Shown here one piece after another: positions 39,241 to 53,295 of a stretch of 64,000 bases of DNA. Both the position numbers and the translations under genes were made by a program. Under the pieces are notes generated by a model that was given only the letters and a program-made list of their open reading frames with translations, searched no databases and was not told the DNA's origin. Location of the stretch: positions 166,718,001 through 166,782,000 of the forward strand of contig OX597816.1 of NCBI GenBank assembly GCA_951406725.2, given 5' to 3'. Position 1 is the stretch's first letter, and each line of letters starts with the position of its first letter. Source of the stretch: Octopus vulgaris. Taxonomy: Eukaryota.

Positions 39241-40045
39241 AGCTGGCAGAAACGTTAGCACGCTGGGCGAAATGCGTAGTGGTATTTCGTCTGCCATTAA
39301 GTTCTGAGTTCAAATTCCTCCGAGGTCGACTTTGCCTTTCATCCTCTCGGGGTCGATAAATCAAGTACCAGTTACGCACTGGGGTCGATGTAATCGACTT
39401 AATCCGTTTGTTTGTCCTTGTTTGTCCTCTCTGTGTTTAGCCCCTTGTGGGTAGTAAAGAAATAGGTATTTCGTCTGCCGCTACGTTCTGAGTTCAAATT
39501 CCACCGAGGTCGACTTTGCCTTTCATCCTTTCGGGGTTGATTAAATAAGTGACTTAATCCCTTTGTCTGTCCTTGTTTGTCCCCTCTATGTTTAGCTCCC
39601 TCTGGGTAATAAAGAAATAAAAATCGTTAGCGCGCTGGACTAAATGCTTAGCGATATTTCGCCCGTCGCTATGTTCTGAGTTCAAATTCCACCGAGATTG
39701 ACTTTACCTTTCATCCTTTAGGGGAGATCGATAAAATAAGTACCAGTTGAACACTGGGGTCGATGTAATCGACTCATCCTCTCCCCCAATGTTGCTTCCC
39801 TTGTGGCAAAATTTGAAATCGTTATTTCTCTCTATAAGACGGCGAGCTGGCAGAAACGTTAGCAAGCCGGGCAAAATGCTTGACAGTATCTCATCTGTTG
39901 TTCTGAGTTCAAATTCCGCCGAGGTTGATTTTTTGCCTTTCATTCTTGCGAGATCGATAAATTAAGTACCAGTTGAGTACTGGTGTCGATGTAATCGACT
40001 ATCCCCTTCCCCCAAAATTTCAGGCCTTGTGCCTAGAGTACAAAT
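39241..40045 (+). mobile_element. Tandem/nested SINE family B copies
   Basis: Four repeats of the core GTTCTGAGTTCAAATTCCGCCGAGGTCGACTTTGCCTTTCATCCTTTCGGGGTCGATAAA. Confidence 0.85.
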
Positions 40046-40236
40046 GATTATTATTTCTCTCTTTACAAAATGACTGCATGTGGCTTAATGGTTAGGTTGT
40101 TGGACTCATAGTCGTAAAATTCCCGGACCAGGTAGCGCATTGTGTTCTTGAACAAGACATTTCATTTCACGGAGTTCCAGTCTAAAATGAGTAATCTTGT
40201 GACGGGGCACCCGGCGTCCTGTTCATGGAGCAAATA

Positions 40237-40470
40237 CAGTAATCCCTCGACTATCACGGGTGTTACGTTCCAAACACCCCGCTCCCGCGATAGGTGAAAA
40301 TCCGCAAATTAGAAACAGTACTGTATATTCTGTTTTTTATTTTTATGATTTGTATAAATTAATTATATCATAAATGCAAAACAACACCACGGAGGAATCG
40401 TTGTAAGCTGAAATAATAAACCGCGATGGGCGAACCGCGATAGGTGAACTGTGATATGGCGAGGGATTAA
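40237..40470. mobile_element. pogo/Tigger-like MITE
   Basis: TA-CAGTAATCCCTCG ... CGAGGGATTA termini. Confidence 0.6.
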
Positions 40471-40507
40471 AATCCAAATATAATCGGGTGTTTCTCTGCT
40501 CTTTTAG

Positions 40508-40633
40508 ATTTTCCGATCAATTGTGTTGATGCCTACCAGAGAGGAATGAAGACTGGTTCAATATTTATCCAACCATCAAAAGAAGTTAAACCATTTTTTG
40601 TTTACTGTGACATGGAATTCATCTCGGAAACCG
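40508..40633 (+). CDS. Exon 16 (module 5): FPINCVDAYQRGMKTGSIFIQPSKEVKPFFVYCDMEFISET
   Basis: tttag| ... |gtaagt, phase 1-1, fibrinogen-like PF.VYCDM motif. Confidence 0.9.
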
Positions 40634-41794
40634 GTAAGTTTATAGACGATAAGTAGCATTTTATATTATAAGTGAGATTTTATTTCGAAGCCCACTTCTG
40701 GATCTTGTTAAGTATCGAGCACAATCGCTGTCTCTTCTATGTATCTGTCAATCACACAGTCATCATAAAAGGCGGATGGAGTGGCAGAGTCGTTAGAGGG
40801 CCTGACAAAATACTTCGCAATATTTATTCCGACTATCTGCGCACTGAATTCAAATTCTACCGTAGTCAGCTTAGCCTTTCATCTTTTCAGGATTGATAAA
40901 AAAAAAAAGAGAAACCAATCTGAGTGATAGATTGGACCGGCTTTTTACCTTCTCGATTCAAATACCGCTGTTGCCTATTAAGGTGGCAGAGTAAATCTAT
41001 CACCTGGCTAAACCCCACCAGCAGGTATCCGGGGTACATTTAGCCGTGTCGACTAAGTTTGATACGTTCTTCCCCCCCCCCCTACGAGTCTCGGGAAATC
41101 TGTAAAGGGTCATGAGCACTACCTTCGCTCTTAACTAAAAGATAAAAAATAACTGAACTACTTTCATACATACATTATAAATACAATTTGTAAGTGGGAC
41201 AATAAAAATATGCAAGACTTTTCTCAATTCTAAATTGTGTTTATTATTTACATTACAAATATGGAGCTTTGTATCTTTGCTAGAAACCAGCACCTTCTTT
41301 ACAGGAGGACTTCAAATAATTGAAATTAGAAGAAGACATACATATATACATACGTGCATGCGTACATACATACATACACACATACACACACATAAATACA
41401 CACATATATACATATATACATACATACATGCATACATGCATACACATACACATAGACACATACATGCACATACATACGTACATATGCACAAATACATACA
41501 AACATACACAGATACACACACACATACATACATACATACACACACATACATACGTACATACATACACACATACACACACTTACATGCATACATACATACA
41601 CATATACACACATACATACACAAATATATACATAAATACATGCATATACACAAATACGTACATACATGCATGCACAAATATATACATACACACATACACA
41701 CACATACATGCATACACACACACATACATACATACATACATACATACATACATACATACATACATACATACATACATACATACATACATACCAT

Positions 41795-42480
41795 AGTTGC
41801 AATCCCTTGGTGCAGCCGCATATGTAGGCTATATCATGTTTCTGTGGAAAACATCACGCATATGATTAGCAGCTATCTCTATGAGGCACGATGTCGCTAA
41901 AACAATTTACAATGCCATCCACAAAAAAAAGACTATCCTGAAATAAACTTAGAAAATCCCTCTGCTATGGAATACATTCATAAACACCAACTCTAGGAAT
42001 ACTGGCGGAATATTCCCATCGAAACTTCTGTCAAATGTAAACATAACAGGCTGGATGCTGTTGCTTTGGACAGAGAGGCAAAGGTAAGTACCATCATAGA
42101 GGTCAGCTGCCCAGTAGATATAAATATCTCTGAAAATCAAAGAAAAAGAAGATATCTATGGACAACTGCTTCGAAACCTGTAACCTTTATATCTGGACTA
42201 TGAATTCATATCCATACCAATAATAATTGGAGCACTAGGTTTTGTTAGCAAATGCTTAAAGGAGAATCTGGATAAACTGGGATTTTCAGAAAGAGAAATC
42301 GACCGGCTGATTCGAACATTGCAAGTGCAATCTGTGAGAGGAACAGTGAGAATATGCAAGACTTTTCTCAAGTCCCAAATGTGAATTTGTCTGTGTTAAC
42401 TACATCCCAAAAATGGGGCCTTGTATCTTTGTTGGAAACCAGCTCCCTCATCAGCGGAGGATTTATAAGAACTAAAAGAT
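41795..42480 (+). pseudogene. RLE-type LINE 3' fragment
   Basis: Decayed HMISS, KHNRLD..IIEVSCP and IPIIIGALG motifs. Confidence 0.7.
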
Positions 42481-42522
42481 AGAAGAGACGTACATATATA
42501 CATACATACATGCATACATACT

Positions 42523-42805
42523 CTTTTACTTGTTCGGTCTCTTTTGCCAAACCGCTAAGTTACGGGGACCTAAACACACCAGCATCAGTTGTCAAGCGAT
42601 GTTGGGGGAACAAACACATTCACACAAACAGATACACACACATACATATATATACATATATACGACGGGCTTCTTTCATTTTCCGTCTACCAAATCGACT
42701 CACAAGGCATGAGGCTATAGTAGAAGACACTTGCCCAAAGTTCCACGCAGTGGGACTGAACCCAGAGCCATTTGGTTCGTAAGCAAGCTGCTTACCACAC
42801 AGCCA

Positions 42806-42808
<3 letters not shown>
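42523..42808 (-). mobile_element. SINE family A copy (partially deleted)
   Basis: Reverse-complement match to head and body. Confidence 0.75.
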
Positions 42809-42840
<32 letters not shown>

Positions 42841-43764
42841 GAGAAAAACGCCCCCCCTCCAGTGGACAGTGCTGAGTTGTCAAAAATTTAAACCAAATTT
42901 TCTGAAAACAACTTGTCCGACCGTCCCATAGGTCTCCCCTTTGAGAAACACTGATTTAACCTAAATTTGAGACACCAACAAAAGAAGAAATAAAGATAGA
43001 CATTTTTCTATTCCAAGAAAAACGATTTTACAAAAGCACGTTCCCACGGCTTTATCGATCGCATTCTCACCTGGAATCGATTTTTGTAATTTTGTCAAGA
43101 CTTATACACGCCCTGATACCGTCGGTATCTACATATCAAATTTGAGTGCAATCGGATGGAGGATGCCCAAGATCCTAGAAGACAAACACACAGACAGATA
43201 GAACGGATTTTATATAATAGATATTTATGTACGACGGGCTTCTTTCAGTTTCCGTCTACCAAATCCACTCATAAGGCTTTGGTCGGCGCGAGGCTATAGT
43301 AGAAGACACTTGCCCAAATAAGATGAAAGAAAGATAGAAGGGAGTTGAGAATATAGCATAGAGAGAGACAGACAGACAGAGAAAGAGTGCTAAGTGAGAG
43401 AATATATATAGAGAGAAGATACATGCACATTTGCATGAATGCATACATTCATATATGCATGTGCACATATATGCAGACAAAAATACTTACATGCAAGCAC
43501 TAGAGGATATTCGCACATTTGAACACAAGAGGCATTGGTGGAACGTCCCAGTTAAAATGTTGAACAAATGCTGACACAAAAGACCTGACAGCAATTTAGA
43601 TCATAACATCGAAGATTTGTACAGTTGCAGAAGTCATCTGCTCAATGAAAAAAATACATTTCTTTCAAAATCATTGAAAAAAAAGACATTTATGGTCACT
43701 TATGGTCAACCATAAACTATTTCTTCAAGGAACAAGAAGTTTTTCTGTTTTTGTTTTTTTTTTT

Positions 43765-43918
43765 GGTTGTGTGGTAAGAAGCTTGCTTCCCAACCACATG
43801 TTTCCGGGTTCAGTCTCACTGTGTGGAAGCTTGAGCAAGTATCTTCTACTTTAGCCTCTGACCGACCAAACCCTTGTGAGTGGATTTGGTAGGTGGAAAC
43901 TGAAAGAAGTCTGTCGTA

Positions 43919-43972
<54 letters not shown>

Positions 43973-44195
43973 TTTCTGTCTGTCTGTGTTTGTCCCCCAT
44001 CACCGCTTGATAACCAATGTTGGAGTGTTAATGTCCCCGTAACTTAGCAGTTCGGCATAAAAAAACGATAGAATAAACACCAGATTTAAAAAATAGGTAT
44101 TCGGGTCAAATCGTTCAAGTAAAATTCTTCAAGGTTATGCCCCAGCATGACCGCAGTTCCATGTCTAAAACAAGCAAGAGAAGAAAAGAATAAAG
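43765..44195 (+). mobile_element. SINE family A copy (diverged)
   Basis: Same head/body/tail organisation. Confidence 0.8.
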
Positions 44196-44230
44196 AATTA
44201 TTTGACTGACAAATTAAATCTCTTTTGCAG

Positions 44231-44391
44231 GTGTGACGATTATCCGTAATGAATTTGAGACCACTACTACAATTACCGGTAAAACAACAGAAGTGATTTA
44301 TTACAATGTCACATACGTTCAGATCGAAGCATTGATTCAAAGCCACAAGCATTGTTACCAGCCAGTCAAATACAGCTGCAAATTTACTACG
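44231..44391 (+). CDS. Exon 17: GVTIIRNEFETTTTITGKTTEVIYYNVTYVQIEALIQSHKHCYQPVKYSCKFTT
   Basis: tgcag| ... |gtaaac, phase 1-0. Confidence 0.88.
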
Positions 44392-44535
44392 GTAAACAAC
44401 CATATACTTTCATTTTCTAGCTGAGTCTTGTCAAATTTGCTTTGTTTTACGGAGCGAATTGAAGCATAAACTAGACCTCACAGGCCAGACGGGGACAATT
44501 ATTCTTAAAAATATTATTTATAATCTAGATCAAAA

Positions 44536-45452
44536 GGCGGCGAAATGCGTAGCCGTATTTCGTCTGCCGTTGCGTTCTGAGTTCAAATTCCGCCGAGGTC
44601 GACTTTGCTTTTCATCCTTTCGGGGTCGATAAAATAAGTACCAGTTATGCACTGGGGTCAATATAATCAACTTAATCCGTTTGTTTGTCCTTGTTTGTCC
44701 TCTCTGTGTTTAGCATCTTGTGGGTAGTAAAGAAATAGGTCCTTAAGTATAACCCTAAGTAAATCCAGGCAGTATTTTGAATGATGCGGTCAGACTGAAG
44801 GAATATATCGAATGGTTAGCTTATATGAAAATGGTCCGTTTGTCCTTTCTGTGTTTAACCCTTTGTGGGTAGTAAAGAAATAGGTATTTCGCCTGCCGCT
44901 ACGTTCTGAGTTCAAATTCCGCCGAGGTCGACTTTGCCTTTCATCCTTTCGGGGTCGATTAACTAAGTAACAGTTACGCACTGGGGTCGATATAATCGAC
45001 TTAATCCGTTTGTCTGTCCTTGTTTGTCCTCTCTGTGTTTAGCCCCATGTGGGTAGTAAAGAAATTGGTATATAGTCTATATTTACGTTCTGAGTTCAAA
45101 TACTGTCGAGGTTGAATTTGCCTTTCGTCCTTTCGGGGTCGATAAAATAAGTACCAGTTAAACACTGGGGTTCATGCAATCGACTTTACCCCTTCCCTGA
45201 AATTACTGGCCTTGTGCTAAAATTTGAAACCAATGTAATCTTTTCTACTCTTGACACAAGGCTCGAAATTTTGGGGAGGGGGGGTCAGTCGATTAGATCA
45301 ACCCCAGTACGCAACTGGTACTTAATTTATCGACCCCGAAAAGGTGAAAGGCAAAGTCAACCTCGGCGGAATTTGAACTCAGAACGTAAAGACAGACGAA
45401 ATACCGCTAAGCATGCCACCCGGTGTGCTAATGATTCTGCCAGCTCGCCGCC
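44536..45452. mobile_element. Cluster of SINE family B copies (three +, one -)
   Basis: Same core; the last copy, 45240-45452, is inverted. Confidence 0.85.
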
Positions 45453-46043
45453 TTTGAAACCAATATAATACAAAAGAAAATATGAGATTTTTGTCAAGTT
45501 TTGGAGAGAGAAGATGTTGGAAAAAACTCGTCCACATGATATATAGTCCTATTTATTAAGGACCCTTAACGGTGAACAGAGATAGAATCTGTCAAAATGA
45601 ATTCATAGTTTTTGAAAAGATCAATGTTTGATTGAATGCATAAACTATTTCAGCTGTAAATCCTTCCAATATCGTTCATATTACTAGAATCCATCCGGAC
45701 AGATATATAAATTTGAAACAACAAGCATCTATCTGGCTTAGTATGTACACAGAAAGTAAAGGGGAAATAGGTCACGTCTTTTAGTACGTGGATTCATAAG
45801 CTTATTTTTCAATGGTCGCAATAACAAAAGATTCTCTAAGACACACTAATTTTGTAATTCAGAACCGATGTTAATCAAAACCAGTCAGGATCTGAGTCTG
45901 AATGGATGCTAGCTATATATTTCACAGAATATTCTAAAATTACCAAAACAAGAAAACAATTATGTTTTCATAAAATTGAACTGGAAGCCAGACTAAACAC
46001 TGCCATGGGTCGAATGTTTGACTTCCCTGTTCCATGTACATAC

Positions 46044-46082
<39 letters not shown>

Positions 46083-46550
46083 TTTTAAAAATATATATCT
46101 ATTCATCTACGTGTAAGCACATACTTAATGTACATCAAATATTTCTATAACTATACTAAATGAATTATAGTCAATGGTTTTCCTCGCAGATTCTATCTAA
46201 TGAATTCCACTCAAACTATTTGCAACTTTAGAGGCATCAGACGGGTTGACTAGGTTACGAAAGTTACAACACAACAAATATGACGGTGGTGGTGGTGGTG
46301 GTGGTGGTGGTGGTGGTGGTAGATATTGAACAGTAAGTATAATACAGTGGTAAATATAATTCTTTCTTTGTTGGCCTCTTTAACAATTATATATCCGCTG
46401 CATCGGAAATCTGCAATGGCTCCATAACCACCGTCTCGGCTACAACCATGGGGCCCAAGTAATTCGTTACAGCACTTATCTAATGTACCAAGTCGTTTAG
46501 ATCACCTGTGGACTAAATCCCCCCATATTTTGTAATTCTTTCTTCTGCAG

Positions 46551-46699
46551 TTCATGGGTAACGGAAATGCTTACTGGACGGGTAACGAAGATTTGAAGAA
46601 AACTTACTTTGGAAGCACTGATTCCCAAGAGAAAATGTGCACATGTGGCGCAGAAAGACGTTGTGGAGGAACAGGAGACAGGCAAACTGTCTTGAACAG
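46551..46699 (+). CDS. Exon 18: FMGNGNAYWTGNEDLKKTYFGSTDSQEKMCTCGAERRCGGTGDRQTVLN (GC donor)
   Basis: tgcag| ... AG|gcaagt, phase 0-2, W.G...YFG...CTCG motif. Confidence 0.82.
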
Positions 46700-46927
46700 G
46701 CAAGTGGTGTTTTGTTAAATTGTTCGATCGCATCCAAAACCCCATCCTTGATTGGGCAGTGCCTAGTGGACACATCCTAAATAACTATCAGACAATATTG
46801 GCTGGCAAACCAGCGGAGCAGTCGTGTCAGTCTTTCAGCAAAACCTGATTTCTTGTCAAGTATTATAACAGTATACGACAATATGCTCTTCGCTTTAATT
46901 GTCTTTTGATTATATTTTATAGCTAGA

Positions 46928-47445
46928 GGCGGCGAGCTGGCAGAAACGTTAGCACGCCGGGCGAAATACGTAGTCGTATTTCATCTGCCGTTACGTTCTG
47001 AGTTCAAATTCCGCCGAAGTCGACTTTTCCTTTCATCCTTTCGGGGTCGATAAATTAAGTACCAGTTACGCACTGGGGTTGATGTAATCGACTTAATCCG
47101 TTTGTCTGTTCTTGTTTGTCCCCTCTGTGTTTAGCCCCTTGTGGGTAATAAAGAAACAGATATTTCGTGTCTTTATGTTCTGAGTTCAAATTCCGCCGAG
47201 ATCAACTTTGCCTTTCATCCTTTCGGGGTCGATAAATTAAGTACTAGTTACGCACTGGGGTTGATGTAATCGACTTAATCCGTTTGTCTGTTCTTGTTTG
47301 TCCCCTCTGTGTTTAGCCCCTTGTGGGTAATAAAGAAACAGATATTTCGTGTCTTTATGTTCTGAGTTCAAATTCCGCCGAGATCAACTTTGCCTTTCAT
47401 CTTTTTGGTGTCGATAAATTTCGGACCTTGTTCCCAGAGTAGAAA
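46928..47445 (+). mobile_element. SINE family B with internal tandem duplication (about 182-bp period)
   Basis: Head GGCGGCGAGCTGGCAGAAACGTTAGC followed by three core repeats. Confidence 0.85.
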
Positions 47446-47671
47446 ACTATATTTTTATAACGAATTTCCATTATCTCTATAACAAGTGATCATTGTAACT
47501 AGGGGCCACTACGACATTGAAATAATTGTAGTTCGAGCACTCTTACTTACCATGTTGTTTTCCAGGTGTGTCTTCAGTTTTGTGAACCTGTTATCATATT
47601 TTATATTAGATAGATAGAGAGAGAGAAAGAAAGAAAGAAAGAGAGACAGACAGACAAACAGACAAACAGAC

Positions 47672-47742
<71 letters not shown>

Positions 47743-47775
47743 CGGACAGAGAGACAGACAAACAGACAGACAGAC

Positions 47776-47848
<73 letters not shown>

Positions 47849-48039
47849 TGAGGGTCACAGGGGCTTTTTTCTGTCCCCTGCTATGCTGTGTGGCATGCGA
47901 AATTGTTGATAATTTGTATAATGGGGAAAGTGTATATATTTAGAGCTTTCAACTCAGTTAAAGTATTTTAAAACTTTTTGAAATACTTTAACTGAGTTGA
48001 AAGCTGAGGAAGGTCATACGTAGCGGATGCATTTCCTAT

Positions 48040-49020
48040 TATATTGTACTCAGATTCTGGTGGTAACGCTTCATTCTTTGGTCGTCTCTTACCAGCTTTG
48101 CTTTCTTTGCAACGAGGCGCTGTTTCAGTTCCTCCACTACTACTTTCAGGCCCTTAGCGCCCTTCTCTTTTCGGTCTAACACAGAGATTTCCTTCGAGAG
48201 CAAGTCTAACCCTGCCTGTGTTCTTCTTTTCCACCATGGATCTTTTCTTTTGCTACTCCTATTATGTTTCTTTTTCTTGACATCAGGACCCACGTTTTCT
48301 GCTACAACAATACTTGCTGCCTTGATCAAATTATTTGTTTCCGTGATGTTGTTTGTTCTGATGTATTTCAGAATTTCATTGACATTTTCGTTTCTTGGTT
48401 CAATTTCCACCGATCAACCTTTTTAAGGTTGCGAATAATGTCGCTATCGTTCTCCTGTAGTCTTGCTTTTATTCTGTCGTAGATTGCCTTTTGTTTATCT
48501 GTCATGTCACAATTAGTTTTATTGCCTTCTTTTAGATCATCTATATGTCTCTCATCAAATAAACTACCACCGCTCTTTCCTGTGCTATGGGATTACACTT
48601 ATTAGTAAGGACCCTATTTTCATTGTTATCTCTGCTGCTATTTTCTATGACCCGACATTTGATAGCTTCGAGCTCTACTTCTGTGAACCAACATTTTTTT
48701 TCTTATTACTCTAGTTTGATCACATAGTCTTTGTTCCGTGAGTTGAAACAATCCCTTTTCTCTCCAATGATCACACGTTGTCGGTAACCCCTAATTTGAG
48801 CAACATTTTCATCTACCGGGCTGCTCAGGTAGTAACACTCCATGACCACAGCATTGATTTGCTTGCTCCATCTACGCCGTGTGTGGTGGTTCCTTTCTGG
48901 ATATCGACAGGCTCGAGTCAGAGCAGAATCTCTGAGCCTACCGGGTGTAACACTGTCACCATCATTGGCTTCAGTTTCATTCCCACCGTTATTCACAATA
49001 TTTTGTTTTTCATTGTCACT
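48040..49020 (-). pseudogene. RLE-type LINE N-terminal fragment
   Basis: RRRWSKQIN..VMECYYLS and PWWKRR motifs; separate 3' fragment at 49376-49630 (IPIVIGALG, LQKLALFGTAHILRKVL). Confidence 0.75.
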
Positions 49021-49218
49021 CATATGTGGTAGCGATTATCAGGTTGCGCATTTACCAGTGTTTTTATTGTGACACCATCACTAGATGTATCATTATTAAT
49101 CAGCCCATGAGGCTCCACCCGTTTCTTTTCATTATTATTATTATTATTATTATTATCATCATCATCATCATCACTGATATCACTGATATTATTGTTTTTA
49201 TGTGTATCATTATCATCA

Positions 49219-49263
<45 letters not shown>

Positions 49264-49665
49264 TATCATTATTATTATTGACATCGCACAGTATACAGTA
49301 TCGTGAGGTTGTTGATTGAAGATATTGTGTCTACCCGGATGTTTGTTTTGTTTGTCAAGTCACACAACAAGGACCTCAGACAGACAGTACTTTACGCAAT
49401 ATGTGTGCAGTTCCAAATAATGCCAACTTTTGCAATACCTCTAGATTGTAGGGTATTTCTAAGGTTTTCAGATGGATTTTTTCCAGATTGGGTGGTATTG
49501 AACCCAATGCTCCGATGACAATAGGGATAAGCTTTATGTTTGACTCTCGAAGCTGCCACATTTTAACGATCTCAATTCTCAGTATCAACTTTTTGTCTTT
49601 CTTTCATGATATGTTGATCTCCTGGCACTGCTATTATTATTATTATCATTATTATTATTATTATT

Positions 49666-49713
<48 letters not shown>

Positions 49714-50049
49714 ACTACTACTACTACTATTATTATTATTATCATTATTATTATTATTATTGTTCTAACTACACCAGAGCTTGCTGGATGATAGATAAGT
49801 TAATAAACAGGTCCTTTACTTTTGAGAGCTGTATGTTTTCTCTTGACACTAATAATTCGAAATGTTCCGAACAAGGCCAAATACGAATTTTATATAGAAT
49901 TAAATACCTGAAATTTTGCAGTTGATATCAAAACTAGATTTTGAGCTAAACTTATAGAGAATTTACCAGTATCCGTGATTCCACAATCAATAATAGATAT
50001 CTGTTGATAATTATTTTTCTGGTGTTAATCCAAAATTCGTTGTTCATAG

Positions 50050-50210
50050 GTTGTGTAATTGTGACAGCTTTGATTCAGAATGGAAAGCCGACGCAGGTGT
50101 AATTTCTATAAAAGAAGATCTACCTATCAGACTTCTCTTTGCTTCACAAGTTGCTAAGGCAGAGAGTAAATTGACAATTGGAAAAATATATTGCGCTGAC
50201 GAAGAAATAA
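50050..50210 (+). CDS. Exon 19: LCNCDSFDSEWKADAGVISIKEDLPIRLLFASQVAKAESKLTIGKIYCADEEI
   Basis: catag| ... |gtaagt, phase 2-1, CNCD...W..D.G...K..LP motif. Confidence 0.9.
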
Positions 50211-50271
50211 GTAAGTTTTGATTTATAACTTTTAAATAGAAAAGTATGTGGAAGGAAGTGTGTGCGCGCGC

Positions 50272-50345
<74 letters not shown>

Positions 50346-50963
50346 TAAGGATATTCGCAAGCAAGTTCAAGAAAATAATAGAACTGCCCTTGTGTCTGAT
50401 AAATTTTGGTTGAATGATAAATTTAGATTTTCAGGTGCCATTGGCTTGAAGTTCAAAGACTGTAGTCTATAGAGTCACCCTCACACCATTCGGTGGCATC
50501 ACAAGACACTACACGAACATGACGACCAGTGATTTTTAATGTAAGGCATACACAGCTCATGCACTCCCTCGGGAGCAGGGATACGAAAACTTCCGTCCCG
50601 CTTTACCGGGAGACCCCGCAACCATCAGAATGATTTCCCAACTTCAAATAGAATATAGTTGACAGTGTCATCTCTACTTACCTGCAACACACAATTGCTA
50701 ATTCTTCCCTCTTTGGAAACTACACACATTCTACCAAACTGCAATCTCCAACAACAGGAAGAATGAACTATCTTAATGTTGCCACCAGAGGTACACTTTG
50801 TTAATGAACATTCAGTTTCCGTCTACCAAATCCACACACAAGGCTTTGGTCGACCTCAAGTTATAGTAGACGACACTTACCAAAGGTGCCACGTATTGGG
50901 ACTAAACTTGAAACCATGTGGTTGGGAAGCAAGCTTATATATCAAATTCAACGTAAATTGAAT

Positions 50964-51060
<97 letters not shown>

Positions 51061-51280
51061 GTATGTATATATATATGTATATATATATAAGTGATAGTCT
51101 TCTTTTTTACCTAAAACTTTATTCTATTTATTCTTTTATCTACTTTATCACTGATTCTTTTGACCACTCCCCTAAGAAAGACAGTTTGCGCCATGCCTAC
51201 CCCCAAAAAGTCCCCCACCACCACCACCACCACTTTAAATCTGCCTAAATGTATAAATGCCAAAACTATTCTTGTCACCT

Positions 51281-51331
51281 AGCTCCCTGATGATTTCTTT
51301 TGAATGAAACAGTTCTAGTCCTGTAGAAGCT
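51281..51331 (+). ncRNA. Type I hammerhead motif with looped stem III
   Basis: AGCTCC-CTGATGA-TTTC-TTTT-GAAT-GAAA-CAG-TTCTAGTC-CTG-TA-GAAGCT. Confidence 0.7.
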
Positions 51332-51341
51332 CCTTTTATAA

Positions 51342-51407
<66 letters not shown>

Positions 51408-51686
51408 AATTCAGCTTACGTTGGAAGTCAACAAACGAAGTTTGCTTTAGAAGCGTTGAGATGTATTGAAAGATACAGATAAGGAAATAACTTTATTCTC
51501 AAACGCAGGATAATGCTAATAATATAGCATGAACAAGATAAACTATCCCTATTTTACAGAAAAATCTGTCGGCGGCCAGTGCTTTACCATTATAAAGCTA
51601 GAGTTATATATCCTAGCGACCAGTGCGTTACCATTAGAAAGCTAGTGTTATATATCCTAAATTTGCAAAAGAATTTGTCGTTCGGT

Positions 51687-51775
<89 letters not shown>

Positions 51776-51901
51776 TTATTATAATTATGTAAAAAGAAAA
51801 ATACGAACTACTACAGTAATCCTCCCTTCTCAACAAATGAAATATGTATGTACCTATGGGTATGTTTGTGCGTAAATATATATATGTATATGTGTGTGTA
51901 T

Positions 51902-51975
<74 letters not shown>

Positions 51976-52246
51976 TCAATATATTTCCTATATAACTACA
52001 ATAATCTTAAGATAGATTGATTATTTAAATTCCACTATTATTTCTCTTTTGATAATTTTCTCTTTCCTCTGTTTATACTTTATCTAATAAGAATAATATA
52101 ATACACCTAATAATAACTGATTCCTTTGTATGCACATACATATACATATCAATGTATAGATGTGTATTTATGTGTATTTATGTATATGTATGTGTATGTA
52201 AAAGTGTGTATATACGTATGTATTTAACCTTATGAACTTTCTAAAC

Positions 52247-52368
52247 TCTCTGACGAAGCCCAGAGGCACACCCAAGTATCTTAATCTTATCTACCAAATA
52301 CTTCAGTTCTCTGAAAGGATGGAAGTAAAGTGGGGTACTATGACATCTTAGCTGAAACGGCTGTAAGA
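52247..52368 (+). ncRNA. Hammerhead motif with about 90-nt stem II region
   Basis: TCT-CTGACGA-AGC...GCT-GAAA-CGGCTG-TA-AGA. Confidence 0.6.
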
Positions 52369-52571
52369 AACTATTCTACTTTCTATGTTCTACGTTATAT
52401 ATTTTAATAATTACTGGTGTTTTTTATATTTTTTATATTATATACGTAGAGCATAATATGTTATACATGTATGTATATTGTTATAATTGTTTTTTTAATA
52501 AATAAATAAACATAATATAATGTATAAAAGTTGAATACCATCTCTTGATCCCCTCCATTTTCTTACTGCCG

Positions 52572-52624
<53 letters not shown>

Positions 52625-52625
52625 G

Positions 52626-52689
<64 letters not shown>

Positions 52690-52836
52690 GAAATAGAAAG
52701 ATGAATAATCTTGTTGCAGATTAATCAAAAGTTTAACCGATACCTTGGTAGCAAAAATCACAGCAGAAGACAGCACGGTTGGAGGTACAACCATATGGTG
52801 TTGCAACCGTGCGTTGGTGCGGATAATTGAATTTTA

Positions 52837-53295
52837 ATATTATTAGTGAATTGAAGAAATGGAGTTGAACGAAGATTGCACAGAAATCGTTTTATTGCAT
52901 TCTACACGTGTTTCGAAAGGCACAATTTACCAAATTCCGATTGAATAAGGAGACCATATTGTGTCTTTCTCTTCAGGAAGAAATAGGAAATCCGTTGGAA
53001 AAAACAAAAAACAGAACAGAGGCGGAGCAAAACAAATCGAACGAGGCTCCTAAGAGCCCATGGCCAAACAGTTTGGCCATGGGCTCTTAGGAGCCTTGTT
53101 CGATTTGTTTTGCTCCGCCTCTGTTCTGTTTTTTGTTTTTTCCAACGGATTTCCTATTTCTTCCTGAAGAGAAAGACACAATATGGTCTCCTTATTCAAT
53201 CGGAATTTGGTAAATTGTGCCTTTCGAAACACGTGTAGAATGCAATAAAACGATTTCTGTGCAATCTTCGTTCAACTCCATTTCTTCAATTCACT

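Noticed and set aside
39241-40045. Regularly repeated about 60-bp core resembling a CRISPR-like array
   Set aside because: The intervening sequence is also repeated, the context is eukaryotic and there are no cas genes; these are tandem SINE copies.
52908-53232. Two near-identical 60-aa ORFs on opposite strands
   Set aside because: A by-product of the 467-bp palindrome, with no recognisable protein motif.
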